Part shown: piece after piece, positions 11,500 through 23,797 of the stretch
Position numbering within the stretch: position 1 is the stretch's first letter
Layout: every line of letters begins with the position of its first letter
Origin: Chiloscyllium plagiosum
Taxonomy: Eukaryota
Reading direction: 5' to 3'
Assembly (NCBI RefSeq): GCF_004010195.1
Contig: NC_057752.1
Coordinates: 10,551,830 to 10,599,048, forward strand
Length of the DNA: 47,219 bases
Notes under the pieces: model-generated
Databases searched by the model: none
Told to the model about the DNA's origin: nothing
Seen by the model: only the letters and a program-made list of their open reading frames with translations
Translations under genes and position numbers: made by a program

Positions 11500-12394
11500 G
11501 CTGTTCCAGCAATAAAGTTTCAACTTTGATCTCCAGCATCTGCAGACCTCACTTTCTCCTGAGCAGTACAGCCAATCGCAGACTGCACACATATGACACT
11601 TGAGGGTCCCGCTGATTACCCAGCAGCATTGAACAATGGGAAGAGCTTGCACTCCCTCAATGTTCAGCTGCAGCATGGTGACTCAGTGTTAGCATTGTTG
11701 CGTCACAGCACCAAGGACCTGGGTTTGATTTCACTGTAGGATGACTGTGTGGAGTTTACATATTCTTCCCATGTCTGCGTGGGTTTCCTCCCATAGTCCA
11801 AAGATGTGCAGGTTAGGTGGTTTGGCTATGCTAAATTGTTCATAGTGCTCAGGAGGTGGATTAATTATGGGAAATGTGGGGATAGAGTGTGGGGCTAGGT
11901 GGGATGCTGTTCGGAGGGTCAGTGGAGACTTGATGGGCCGAATAGCCTCTTTCCACATTGTAGGCGCACTGTGATTCTATATTTGTCAGCCACCAAAAGA
12001 TCATCATACCAGCCTGATCAAGGTACATGGCAAGCTTGCATACTTCTTCAATTCTGCTCCAGTCACTCCACTCTGAGTCAGTAGATGATCCTTGGCGCCA
12101 GGGCCTACTCTCCAGTGAGTTGCTCAGCAAGGTACAGTCCGCTACCCTCTGTTCACAGAGACAGAGTGAGTGTGCTGGTTAATGATCAGCTGCATCTGAG
12201 GATTGAGCTGCATCGATTGACCATGCCACTAACTGCTCTTGGCATGAGGCTGGACATCAGTGCCGAGGGTCGAAACATCATGGCACACATGGTCGAGAAA
12301 GCCACCTCCAATCTCACTTCAGTGGGCCAGTATCTCTGGAAATGCTGACAGAAACTTACTCAATTCACCCTGCTGCTCCAGAATAGTCTGTTTG

Positions 12395-13370
12395 TCAACA
12401 ACTGTCAAGGCTCAGCTCCTTCATCCAGTTCAGCAGAGCCTGGAAGATCCTGAGCACTCTGTGGCTCTCCACTGCTGGACCTGTCTTCACCTCCTGCTGT
12501 TGCTCCCTTGTGACGTGTAATTCACCATGTGTGCCCCCACCTGAGGTATGTGCATCCGAGCTGGTGGTGGTCACCCATGTCTGTATTTCTTCAGACCCCA
12601 AAGGTATGTTTGCTGGGCTGATGGGAGATTCAGGGTGAGAGAGTTCTGAGTCATTCTGTATTGAGCATTGTAATGCAGTGGCTGCTGATATCAAGTCAAT
12701 ATGAGTGAGTGCACTCTGCCAAATGACTGATATTTCCTTCTGGCATTGTGTAGTTGGGGGATTGCCATCCCTGCACGGCCAAGACTCAACTTGTCTCTCA
12801 TGCACCCTCCTCCACAATGATCCCAATGCGATGAGGATTGCAATGCCATCCCAAGTTCTGTGTCTCATCCTACCCTTCTGTGCTGTCTTCTCCTGCAAGT
12901 AATGAACGAGGAGACTACTGGGTTGGAGAAATGGAAAGGTTTAAGTGGATTTGTGGAGCATCGCTGTAAGGATGGGTGGTGATATGGTAAGAAGATATGG
13001 TGTCAACACTGGTTGTTCACATGGGATATACTGGGGTTGGGGTGGGGTGCGGTGACTTGAGAACATGGAATGGGTGTACCTGCAAGGTTTGTTGGTGTGA
13101 GGAGTGGGGAAGACGACTTGGGAAGCCAGAGTGAGAGGGATTTGTACTTGATTGTCACACACCACAAACTGATCCTGATCAGCTCCTTAAATCTCTTGCA
13201 GCTCTGTATTCAGGAATGAGCACCACTCTTTGGCTTTCAGTTCTTCAGCCATTTCCAACCATGCCTGCTTGTTCTGTACCTCTTCCTTCTTCCTGCTGTC
13301 TGCAGAGAACTGGATCTCCCTGTGGGCCCTTACAGCCCACAGCCTGATGTCCCAGGCTGCATCTAAACAC
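12395..13370 (-). mobile_element. Harbinger Myb/SANT-like gene relic (two exons)
   Basis: Exon 1 DAAWDIRLWAVRAHREIQF...KQAWLEMAEEL...*IQSCKRFKELIR (Myb/SANT W..QC.KRF..LIR); exon 2 begins ttgcag|EKTAQKGRMRHRTWDG (EK.A.N.....RTGGG). Frameshifts and a stop. Confidence 0.75.
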
Positions 13371-14229
13371 TCTCCTGCAGTCTATCCTCATGGCCTCATT
13401 ATTTGTCCAGCTACTGACTCAGTTCTTGGCACTTCTCGAATACTGGAGCTTAAACAGACTGCAGTGGATTGTGATCATGCTCACTCTGCTTATTTGGCTG
13501 CTGAACCCAGAGCTCCAATACAAAAACTGTGGCTGAGATAAATGCATTTGGCGAGTGGGCTGCTGAAACTAAAATTAAAAAGAACAGAAATACTCATTGG
13601 GTTAGGTATGGAGAGAGAAACAGAGCTAAACTTTCAAGTCAGTGACCTTGCATCAGAATTAAAATTTTAACTCTGCTCCTCTTTTCACAAACTGAGCTCA
13701 CCTACTGAGTATTTCTTGTTTTTATTTCAGATTTCTAGCATCTGGGTTTGCAGTGGTCTCCATGTTTAAATTCAGCTCAGATCAATGAGATGGAGATGCC
13801 AGGAGGAAGAAAAAAACCCAAGTGAATGGGAGAGGTGAGAGGAATGAAGGACAGGGTGAAATCAATGTGAGGGGTTTGCACAGGGATGATGTTGAAAATT
13901 TCAAGGGAAGTAATATCTCTCCCTCACCATAATTCCTGTCACACTTCAAAGAATTACATGTGTGCCTCTCTCTCTTCAAACCAGCCATTGATTTGCAGCC
14001 ATTGTTCTGAGCTATTTAGTTTTTCTCATAACCAATTGCTGTTCACCTTCCTAATGTGGGTGTTGAGCCTACAGTCCTCAGGGCTGAACTGCTCGCACTT
14101 ATATTGAAAAATCAGAACAATATGAGCTGTGTCCTGATTATCATGTTCAGCTTCTTGCTTCACTGGGATAGGTTTGTCTTGTTGTCTCCCTTCTGAACAC
14201 TTATGAAAACCTCATTTTCTGTTACTCAT

Positions 14230-14610
14230 AGAGGGAGAGCAGCAAAGGTTCTCCAGACTGATTCCTTGGCTGGCAGGTTTGAGGAGAGATTGGGTTGACT
14301 GGGCCTGTATTCACTGGAGTTTAGAAGAGTGAAAGGGGATCTCATTGAAACAGCTGAAATTCTGACAAGGCTAGACAAGATGCGAGGATGATGATACAGG
14401 GGTCCCAGTCTCAGGGTACGGGATAGGCCATTTCAGATCCATGAGGAGAAAGTCTTCACACAAAGGGTAGTGACCATGTCACCGAAAGTTGTGAAGGCCA
14501 AAATTTCTCAAGACTAAAGGTGTCAAGGAGTATGGTGTGAATTAGAGGTTCAGCTGTGATTATTGAACTCAGTGGGCTGAATGGCCTACTGTCGTTTCTG
14601 TTTTCTATGT
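14230..14610 (+). mobile_element. CR1 LINE 3' fragment
   Basis: ggcctgtattcactggagtttagaagagtgaaaggggatctcattgaaac (GLYSLEFRRVKGDLIE). Confidence 0.75.
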
Positions 14611-14929
14611 CTCTACATCTCTCATTTCTCCAGGAACCCAGATGCATCATTTATTGCCCAATTATCAGGTAGGGGTGTGAGAATTGGAACTGGAATGTTT
14701 GCAATGGCTCACATCTCCATCCTCTTATTCAAAAGCAAAGGGGTGAAAATTTATATAGCATCTTCTACAATCTTTGAAAGACTCAAACTGTTTTACAGCC
14801 AGTGACATACTTCTGCAGTGCAGTCACTGTTTCAGCATAGTAAAGGTGACACACTTTCATGATTATTAAAATATGTTTCGAGGGCTGATTTCAGACTAGC
14901 TTTGAGCTGCTGGCACAGGTTTTCAGCAT

Positions 14930-15340
14930 GCTGCCTACTCTTTCAATCCACAAAAATTGGCCGCAACCAATTTTGAACTCCCTGTGACAAATTATGTGAA
15001 GTTCTTTGGAAAAGGCCCACAGCCTCGGGTTGAAAATCAGTTGATAATACTGATGCTGTTTCTCATTCTGATCTTCTCTTCCTGCCAATAGTAAACACTT
15101 ACTACAAACACTATATGATCTTTAAAGGCTAAAATAGGGAGCCTATAATGTTGAAAATTGTGAAGATTAGATCTTTTTGTGCCACTTCACGCATTATCCG
15201 CTGTTGTCTGATCTCGAATATAGTAGATGTCACAGTGAAAAGGTTGCTTTCATTTACAACTGTGATTGAAGTGAGCAGGGGAAGCCAGGTCAAACTAGAT
15301 GTAGTTAAAAGGAATTACGACAACGAGCACTGAAATATTT
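14930..15340 (+). mobile_element. Ancient hAT (Charlie/Buster-type) transposase C-terminal relic
   Basis: Across frameshifts: RVENQL (WVRNPF), SLKAK, HYPLLSDL, VKRLLSFTT, SEQG, VVKRNY, in the order of the hAT dimerisation domain. Confidence 0.45.
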
Positions 15341-16146
15341 GGACTTTTATGAGCTCCTCATTCTATAAAACTTAAAAAAAAGCAAGTGTGGTTTCAGTCA
15401 GTTAGTTTTCCTCAGATCATTAAAATTGGTCAATCACTGCGGTGGGCTGTTTCCAGTTTATTTTAAAATCACCAGCAGAATTACGATGCCAACATTGAAT
15501 GACAAGGGTGGATGTAAGGATCAAATAATCAGACTTGAGGAAGCCATATACAAGGCTTTGATGACTCTGCACATGATTTGTATTCTTTTCAAGCATTGAT
15601 TATTCCTCAACAATGCGCTCATATTCTTTTCATCTTTCATCTCCTGGTAAACAATAAAGACAAAAATGTTGTATGCCTCTAGTAGGGCCATTGGACTGGC
15701 TTTCTCTTACTATACCCAGTACATATGCTGGAGCAGGATTTTTCTCACTGCATCCTATATATGTTCTGGAGCAGAATATCACTCCCTGCACCTAGTACAT
15801 ATACATCCTGAAGTTTAATATCTCTCACTGTACCAAGTATATATCTCAATGTAACCATTATATATGTGGAACACAGTACTCAGCATGATATCTCTCACTG
15901 TACTCAGTATATATCTTGGGGCAGCATACCTCTCACTGTACCAGGTATATATAATTGAGCAGGATACCTATCACTGGTGCAGGATATCTCTGACAGTACC
16001 AAGTATATATTCTGGAGCAGTAAATCTCTTGCTGTTCCCAGTATATTTCATTCATTAGAATATCTCTCATTGTAGTCAGCATTTATCCTGGTGCAGGTTA
16101 TTTCAAACAGTACCCAGTATACATCTCAGCAAAGGATATTTCTCAG

Positions 16147-16577
16147 AGCTGAAAATGTGTTGCTGGAAAAGTGCAGCAGGTCAGGCAGCATCCAAGGAGC
16201 AGGAGAATCGACATTTCGGGCATGAGCCCTTCTTCAGGAATGAGGAAAGTGTGTCCAGCAGGCTAAGATAAAAAGTAGGGAGGAGGGACTTGGGGGAGGG
16301 GCTTTGGAAATGCGATAGGTGGAAGGAGGTCAAGGTGAGGGTGATAGGCCGGAGTGGGGGTGGGGGCAGAGAGGTCAGGAAGAAGATTGCAGGTTAGGAA
16401 GGTGGTACTGAGTTTGAGGGTTGGGACTGAGACAAGGTGGGGGGAGGGGAAATGAGGAAACTGGAGAAATCTGAGTTCATCCCTTGTGGTTGGAGGGTTC
16501 CTAGGCGGAAGATGAGGCGCTCTTCCTCCAACCGTCGTGTTGCTCTGATCTGGCGATGGAGGAGTCCAAGGACCTGC
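16147..16577 (-). mobile_element. 5'-truncated Penelope-like element (GIY-YIG C-terminus plus terminus), 9-bp TSD
   Basis: MQVLGLLH...RRLEEERLIFRLGTLQPQGMNSDF is a PLE endonuclease C-terminus; TSD atttctcag at 16138-16146 and 16578-16586. Confidence 0.9.
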
Positions 16578-17059
16578 ATTTCTCAGTGTACCTAGTATAT
16601 ATCCTGAAGCAGAATATCTCCCTGTACCCAGGATATATATTGAGCAGGAGAACTCTCACTCTACACAGTGCATATTCTGGTGCAGGATATCTCTGACAGT
16701 ACCCAATATATATGCTGGAGCAGTGAATCTCTCACTGTTCCCAGAAAAATTATTCATCAGGATATCTCTCATTGTAGCCAGCATTTATCCCGGGGCATGC
16801 TATTTCAAACAGTACCCAGTATATATCATGAATCAGGATATATCTTACTGTACACAGGATATATAATTGAGCAGAATATCTCTCAATATACCCAGTGTGT
16901 AAGTATAAGCAGTTTATTACTCACTGTACTCAGTATATATCCTGGAGAAGGATATCTCTCATGTACCCAGTATATATTATAAGCAGACTATTTCTCACTA
17001 TATCTACTATATATAAGTACATATTACTCAGTCGAATATTTTTCTCTATATTTAATTTG

Positions 17060-17322
17060 TGGGAGGCATGGTGGCACGGTGGTTCGCACTGCTGCCTAAC
17101 GGCGCCAGAGACCCGGGTTCAATTCCTGCATATTCTCCCCGTGTCTGCGTGGGTTTCCTCCGGGTGCTCCGGTTTCCTCCCACAGTCCAAAAATGTTCAG
17201 GTCAGGTGAATTGGTGTAAATTGCCCGTAGTGTTAGGTAAATGTACGGGGGTGGGTTGCACGTGGGTGTGGACTTGTTGGGCCAAAGGGCCTATTTCCAC
17301 ACTGTAAGCAATTTAATCTAAT
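17060..17322 (+). mobile_element. tRNA-derived SINE (HE1-like)
   Basis: A box tggcacggtggtt, B box gggttcaattcc, conserved core, (aatct)-type tail. Confidence 0.85.
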
Positions 17323-17696
17323 GTATCCTGGAGGAGGATATCTCTTCCTGTATTTAGATATACCTTTGAGCAGGATGTCTCACTTTACCCAGTATATATC
17401 CTGGAGTGAGATATCTCTTATTGCACTTAATATACCAGGTTGTCGGTTTGTTCGCTGAGCTCACTAATTATGTTACCTAACATCAGGGAGGCTTACTGAT
17501 GATTTTACCGAGCATGATGATGAAACTTCTGAAAACAAACCCACCAGCGAGCAGACTGACAACCTGATCCACTACCAGAGCTGAAAATCTTCTCCAAAAT
17601 CTCAAACACCCAATATAAATGATTAAGCAGGCGATCTCTCAGTACACCCAGTGTATATCAATGTGCAAGATATCTGTCAGTGCGCCCATTATCTCT

Positions 17697-17986
17697 AAAA
17701 ACAGAAATTGCCGGCAAGGCTCAGCGGGATTGGCAGCATCTGTGGAGAGAAATCAGAGTTAACGTTTCGGATCCAGTGATCCTTCTTTAGAACCCAAAAG
17801 AGAAAATGCTGGAAAATCTCAGCAGGTCTGGCAGCATCTGTAAGGAGAGAAAAGAGCTGACATTTCGAGTCTAACTGACTCTTTGTCAAAGCTTTGTCAA
17901 AGGGTCAGTTAGACTTTTCCAGCATTTTCTCTTTTGGTTTCAGATTCCAGCATCTGCAATAATTTGCTTTTACCCTTCTTTAGAAC
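17697..17986. mobile_element. Nested PLE termini; inner fold-back element 17794-17973 with 13-bp TSD
   Basis: TSD ccttctttagaac at 17781-17793 and 17974-17986. Confidence 0.75.
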
Positions 17987-18099
17987 TCCAGTGTATCCAG
18001 TATATACTTGGAGTAGAATCTTCACTTGAGCAGGTTACCTCTTATTAAACCCAGTATGTAAATATAAGGGGGAAATCTCTTGCCTTTCTGGATACATCA

Positions 18100-18528
18100 C
18101 AGTGTAGTATGGCAACTGGTCTTCCTAAGACCACAATCATGAACGTAGTCCAATCCATCATGCAAACCAGCCTTCCATCCATTGACTCCATCTAGACTTC
18201 CTGCAGCCTCAGGAAGGCAATTGACATAACCAACAGCCCTCCCACCCCAGTTATACTCTCTTCTACCCTCTTTTGTTGTGCAGAAGATATAAAAGTTTGA
18301 ATACATGTGCAAACAGATTCAAGAACAGCTTCTTCTGTGCTGTTATCAGACTTTTGACTGGGCCTCTCAAATGTTAATTCTGATCTCTCTCTCTGCAGCT
18401 ATAACATTGTATTCTGCACTCTGATCTGCTACCTGATGCATTTTGTATGCTACGATCTGCCTGTAGATCACACAAAGCATCCCTTTCACTGTACCTCGAT
18501 ACATGTGACAACAATAAATCAAATCAAA
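18100..18528 (+). mobile_element. Rex1/Babar-like LINE 3' end
   Basis: LPSIDSI and RFKNSFF.AVIRLL remnants; aataaa followed by a (tcaaa)n tail. Confidence 0.65.
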
Positions 18529-19589
18529 TATATGCTTCAGCAGGATACCTCTCACTGTACCCAGTATATATACCATGGAGCTGGATGCCTCTCAGTCTAG
18601 CTGGTATATATCTTTGAGCAGAATATCTCTCACTTTCTTTCCGATATCCATAAGTAGGAAATCTATCACTGTACTCAGTGTATATCATTGAGGTAGATAT
18701 CACTTACTGTACCCTGTATATATTCTGGACCATGATATCTTTCACTGCAGCTAATATATGTTCTAATGGAAGATACTTCTCACTGTAACCAGGATATATC
18801 CTGGAGCAGGGTATTGTTGTCTCTACCCAGTATTTATTATGGAGCAGGATATCTCTCACTTAGTGCATATCATTGAGCAGGATATTTCTCACTGTATCCA
18901 ATATAAATCATGGAGCAGGATATTGATCAATAAATGCATTATATATCATGTAGATGGATATCTCTCAATTTTTCCTGTGTATGTCAGTGAGCAAAGTATC
19001 TCTCACAGTACCTCCTAATAAAAGTCCTGAAGCAGGATATTTCTCAGAGTACAGTGTACATTCTTGAGCAGGTTATTTCTCACTATACCCAGTGTATATC
19101 ATTGAGTGTGATATCTCTCACAGTGCCCAGTATATATATCCAGGAATGGGGTGTCTCTCACTGTATCCAGTAAATATCATGGAACAGGCAATGTCTCCCT
19201 GTACCTAGTACTTATCATTGAATAGGATATCTCTCATTCTACATTATATATATTATACCTAATGTCAGGTAATCCTTCACCTGTATGGGCTTGCTATGCT
19301 CTGTTATGGACTACCTTGTCTTGTAATAAGAGAAAGGAAGGGATTGAGTGAGGTGAAAGTAGGTGCCAAGGCTGTTTAAAGTGGTGCAGGTGGTTGAAAA
19401 GTGTTGAGCTATTCTGTGAGAGTGAAGAGGGCGTGCACCATTAATGGTGTGGCAATCTAGTTGGGAAGGAAGGGAGGGAAGGATATGAGAGTGGGTGAGC
19501 GAAGATGTTTCAGGTAACAGTGGAAATAATAGTGCATGGGCCTTGGTGGGAAGTGGATGCAGTAGGTGGCAGAGAGAAGCTGGTAGCAC

Positions 19590-19800
19590 TTACCTTGGCT
19601 CAGTGGAGAAGGTCATTGATCTTTTTATGGCACCACTGGCTACTCCTCCGGACTGTCTTGATGGCATTGACCTGGGTGGTGACCACGAACCTGGCTGCAA
19701 GGATCAAGTCCTTTTCTGGTCATCTGGGGAGAGGACAGCCCTCCTCTGTACCAGACTGTCCAGAACGTGTTGGAGAATCGCAGCACCATCTTCCCATCTC
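19590..19800 (-). mobile_element. Harbinger Myb/SANT-like exon relic
   Basis: VLRFSN and QWCHKKINDLLH*AK|gtaagt donor. Confidence 0.6.
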
Positions 19801-19949
19801 TGATATGTTCACAATCTGTCCTTGAGTGAGCAAGGCTGCTTTGGAATTCCTTGCGCTCATCTGGATGCTCAGCAGTGTTTTTAAAATGACACAGGCGCAA
19901 GGGCTGCCAGTCATTTGGCAGATATCTGGTGAGTGATAGGTTGTTCTGG

Positions 19950-20065
19950 GAACGAAGGGTTACACCTGAAACGTTGACTTCTCCACCTCCTGATGCTGCC
20001 TGTGTTCTTCTAGTCTCCTGCCTGTCTACTTGGGATTCTAGCATCTGCATTTTTTTTGTCTCTGG
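19950..20065 (+). mobile_element. Decayed PLE-type terminus (other family)
   Basis: gaagggttacacctgaaacgttgacttctcc...gatgctgcctg...ctagcatctgca layout. Confidence 0.55.
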
Positions 20066-20339
20066 CATGTAAGATTAGACTGGAGTCAGGATGCCATTGT
20101 GTCATAGTAAGTATTTCATGAGCTGGGTTTGATCAGATGAAGTGAGAGATCTCACTAGGCCTTCCAGTGAAAAACCCTCCAAACATTTTGACAAAACTGT
20201 CACCTAGCCAAACAAAATTGAGGTACATCCCCTCTGTTCTTCAAACAGCCAAAATCTGTGCGTGCTTATGCACTTGAGATGATGCTGAATTTCAGTGACA
20301 AGGTGAAGGAAAGCTACCATTATATGAGAACTGATGAAT

Positions 20340-20760
20340 ATTGTCTGGTAGCTCACTGTGGATCTCGATAATTGAGGGCACAGTGTTGTTGGGTAGGAGC
20401 AGTCTGATCGAGGACCTCTCAGGTTGTGGGTTGTGCATTGATGACTGTGGTGCTCTGTTTCTGAGTTTGGGTGAACTGAATGATTACAAAAGCAGTCTCA
20501 CTGAGGTGGTCAACAAGTTTGTTTTCATGACAAAACCAATCCCGAGGAGTCTGCATTCTTCCTAGGGTTAACCCTTCCAAAAGAAGTTGTATCCGCCACT
20601 TTGTTCTTTGAGCTGACTCTGATCCCTGTCTTACTCAGACCAGTAATGTCAAGATCATAAAATCGAAGTTCGCGGGCTGTGAGTGCAGTACAATATTCAG
20701 GTCTGTCACTGCTGGCATTCTCATGGTAATCCAATTCGCAAGCTTCATTTTCAGAGTTTA
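20340..20760 (-). mobile_element. RTE LINE AP-endonuclease fragment
   Basis: SDRPEYCTALTARELRFYDLDITGLSKT resembles RTE RPERRTAL.ARELARY.IDIAALSET. Confidence 0.75.
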
Positions 20761-21879
20761 GAGGATGCCTGTGCATGGGCTGTGAATGTTGCTCACACAG
20801 TGTTGGTGGGGCAAGGTCTTTATCCAATGGCATGGATAACTGAGACAGTGAAAGAGCAGGCTCGGCTGCATTGAAAGGAACTAACACACACATATGTTAT
20901 CCCGAACCTCTCTCCCCATTCCAGGAGACGGCAGTATTGCTTGCTTGTGAGTACACATCAAGGAAAATAATCTGAGTTCAAATTATTTATATTGTATGAG
21001 AAGACAATGTGATTGGTTGGCGTGTCACTTTTGATTGGTAGAGATGTTGCCATGGTGAATGCACCAGTTAATGATGACTGACAGTTAACTGCTGAGCTCT
21101 GTTTAAATGGTAAACCGGGTAGATTGACATAGATTGGTCAATAGTCCACATGCCAAACAATTAGTAATCTCCTCTCATACAATATAAATGTTGGGTTTCC
21201 CCTTGAGTTGCTATTCTTCCAAATGGTGCTGATGAGTGCAAGATGAAACGTTTTACAAAATATGTAGTTTTTAAGAAATGCTTGCATTTATCTTGCACCT
21301 TTTTGGTCACAGGATATTCACCATAAATAAACTATTTTTGAAGTGCAGTCACTGTTTTATAACATGCAGTTTGATCCCAAATATCAATGGGCTTTTGATC
21401 AGCTGATACTGGTTGAAGGAACAATATTGCCATTAGTAATTATGGCAGGACCTTGACCTCATGCTGTGGATTCTGAGAGATCTTAGAGCGATTCAGTTTA
21501 ATGTAATCTAAAAGATGGCATTTCCAAGAGGGAAACAGTCCTTCCATTGGAGTGCCAGCCTGCATTTTGTGCTTAGGTCTGTGTGAAACTGAAACCCATA
21601 ACCATCTGCTTCAAATATGATAAGTCTGACCATTAAGTTAAAAGAAACTCACCCCTGAAAACAACGGTGAGATTTATCCATGAACTAGAAAGCATTTCCT
21701 TCTTTAAGTTACAATAAAGGCAGAGACCACACACTGTTAGCAACCAGAAAAATAGTTTAATGAGTGGGGTAGGTACTCCTCATGAAATACCACCAAAAAG
21801 AAGATGAAGGACTGAGTATGGTCTTCAGCCAGTTCAACTTTGATTTGGCTGCTGCAGCTTCAAGGACCCACCTGATTCT

Positions 21880-22190
21880 GAAGTGGGGGAATTCAAACCT
21901 AGAGGGCTTAGGTTTAAGGTGAGAGGGGAGAGATATAAAAGGGACCTGAGGGGCAATATTTTCACACAGAGGTTGGCATGTGTTTGGAATGAGCTGCCAT
22001 AGGAAGTGGTGGAGGCTGGTACAATAACAACATTTAAAAGGCATCTGGATGGGTCCATGAATAGGACGGATTTAGAGGGACATGGGCCAAATACTGGCAA
22101 ATGGGACTAGATTAATTTAGGCTAGATGGTTGGCATGGATGAGTCGGATTGAAGGGTCTGTTTTTGTCCTGTACAACTGTATGACCCTAA
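21880..22190 (+). mobile_element. CR1 LINE 3' end
   Basis: Typical CR1 tail ending gtctgtttttgtcctgtacaactgtatgac. Confidence 0.8.
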
Positions 22191-22314
22191 TTGCCAGCTG
22201 CAGTTAATTTTCTGAGTTGAAAGTGAGCTTTGTGATGAATCGTAATTAACTCACACCATTAGCTAAATTTATTCCAGGTTGACACTGAAGGTGATAGGGT
22301 TTAATTATGTTTAT

Positions 22315-22841
22315 AAACATAGGCAATGGGAGCAAGGCGAGGCCATTCAGCCCTTCAATCCCAATCTGCTGTTCAATGAAGTCATAGCTGATCTTTTACT
22401 TCAGCACCATTTTCTTGCAAGATCCCCATGCCCTATATATCCCTAATACCTAGAAATTAACATCAGTTTCTGTCTTGAAATTCTCATTGACTGAGCTTCA
22501 ACAGGCATCTGGGTGGAGAATTCACCTACCCCCAAGAGAATAAATACTTCATCTTGGTACTGACTGGGTTTCCCCTTTATCCTGAGACTTTGTCCCTTGA
22601 TTCAAGGGCCCACAGGCAGGGAATATTTCCTGCATCTACTCTGTTGACTTCTGTAGGAATGTTCAGTGTTTGAGGACAATCACCTCTCATTCTTCTAAAT
22701 TTCAGCGAATATAGACCCATTTTATTTAATCCTTCACTATAGGATAATCCCCCCATCCCAGGGATCAGTCTTCGCTGTACTCCCTCCATGGCAAACAGAC
22801 TAAAACTCTCACAATATTCCATTCAGATGTGGTCTCACCTT
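22315..22841 (-). mobile_element. CR1 LINE 3' fragment
   Basis: AMEGVQRRLIPGMGGLSYSEGL..MGLYSLKFRRMRGD. Confidence 0.8.
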
Positions 22842-23797
22842 TGTTATGAATACCAGATATTTAAGGAACATGGGAAACTGGAATTTGGAAAGGTTTGGAC
22901 ATTTCTCGATTGAAGAGGTGTAATAATGTGATTTCTTGGAAACGAAATATTGAAAGGTCAGAGAGAGGTGTGGCTTACCTACTGTTCACAAAATTCAAGT
23001 GACTTTGTTAAAGCAGAGAGACCGTGCTTTTAAAAAGAAATAAGGAGGGGGCAGGGTTATACCTTTATTGCAGAATATAGAGACTTGAAAAAGTCTTGAG
23101 TTTAAGCTGTTCACTGCCGAGCAGCAGTCTCTGGGACCAGGTTGCTGTGCGTTTTCACATCCACGGGATTTGAATTGTAGGAGAGGCGTGCATCAGAAAG
23201 CCATTCTCTTTCTCTCTCTCACCCAAGAAGAGACAAAAGCAAAGACAGCGAAAAGCATACTCCCTTAGTGAGGTGGTTTGAAAACCTAATAAAGTTTAAA
23301 GTATCAAGATTCCCAAGAGTTTCCCAACTGAATCTGAAATCTTCCTGAAGATCTTCTATCATTCTGTGACTGTCAGCAATTTTATCTCATTGACAAGAAA
23401 TTGAAGGAACTGTGAGAAGTCAAAACTAAAATCAGTATCCTTGACCTTGTTCACTTTTTGCCTATTTTGTACCCAAACCCATGATATCATTACAGATCTG
23501 TGTTGTTTATGTATGAATGTGTATTTTTAGATTAAGGGGATATAGCTTAATTCTGCACAGTAGCATAATTGATAACCACTTTTGCCATGTCTCTAAAGAA
23601 TTGATTTGTTTCTAATAAACAACTTATTTTTGAGTATATTGAAAAACACCTGGTGAACTTCTCTTTTGTTTAAGGTAACAGCAATAAACAGAAGTTTATT
23701 GACTATATTGGTGATAAATTAAATGTTTACAGCTTGCGTACTGCTCATGGAGTTAGAGGGTTTGATTACCAGCACACTTCTTCAGTCAGTCACAGCA
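22842..23797 (+). mobile_element. Probable solo LTR (956 bp)
   Basis: TGTTATGA...TCACAGCA termini, 4-bp TSD cctt (22838-22841, 23798-23801), AATAAA near 23614; abuts the CR1 remnant. Confidence 0.55.

Larger units (their letters stand above)
10273..12633 (+). repeat. Near-identical tandem duplication, 1134-bp unit (10273-11406 and 11500-12633), period 1227
   Basis: ORF translations repeat at +1227; only two substitutions noticed, both near the end of copy 1. Confidence 0.95.
15705..19255. repeat. Degenerate 38-bp tandem repeat array with nested insertions
   Basis: Consensus about ggagcaggatatctctcactgtacccagtatatatcct; e.g. units start at 18803 and 18841. Confidence 0.9.

Noticed and set aside
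12395..12898. 167-aa ORF (and its twin at 34259-34762) as a domesticated MSANTD/NAIF1-like gene
   Set aside because: The upstream Myb exon has frameshifts and a stop at the conserved Trp; identity between copies reflects duplication or conversion, not selection.
14891..15088. ACAP exon resembling EKREMEQKH
   Set aside because: Needs several frameshifts and overlaps a better-supported hAT relic on the other strand.
17060..17130. tRNA gene
   Set aside because: The A and B boxes belong to a SINE head continuous with the SINE core and tail.
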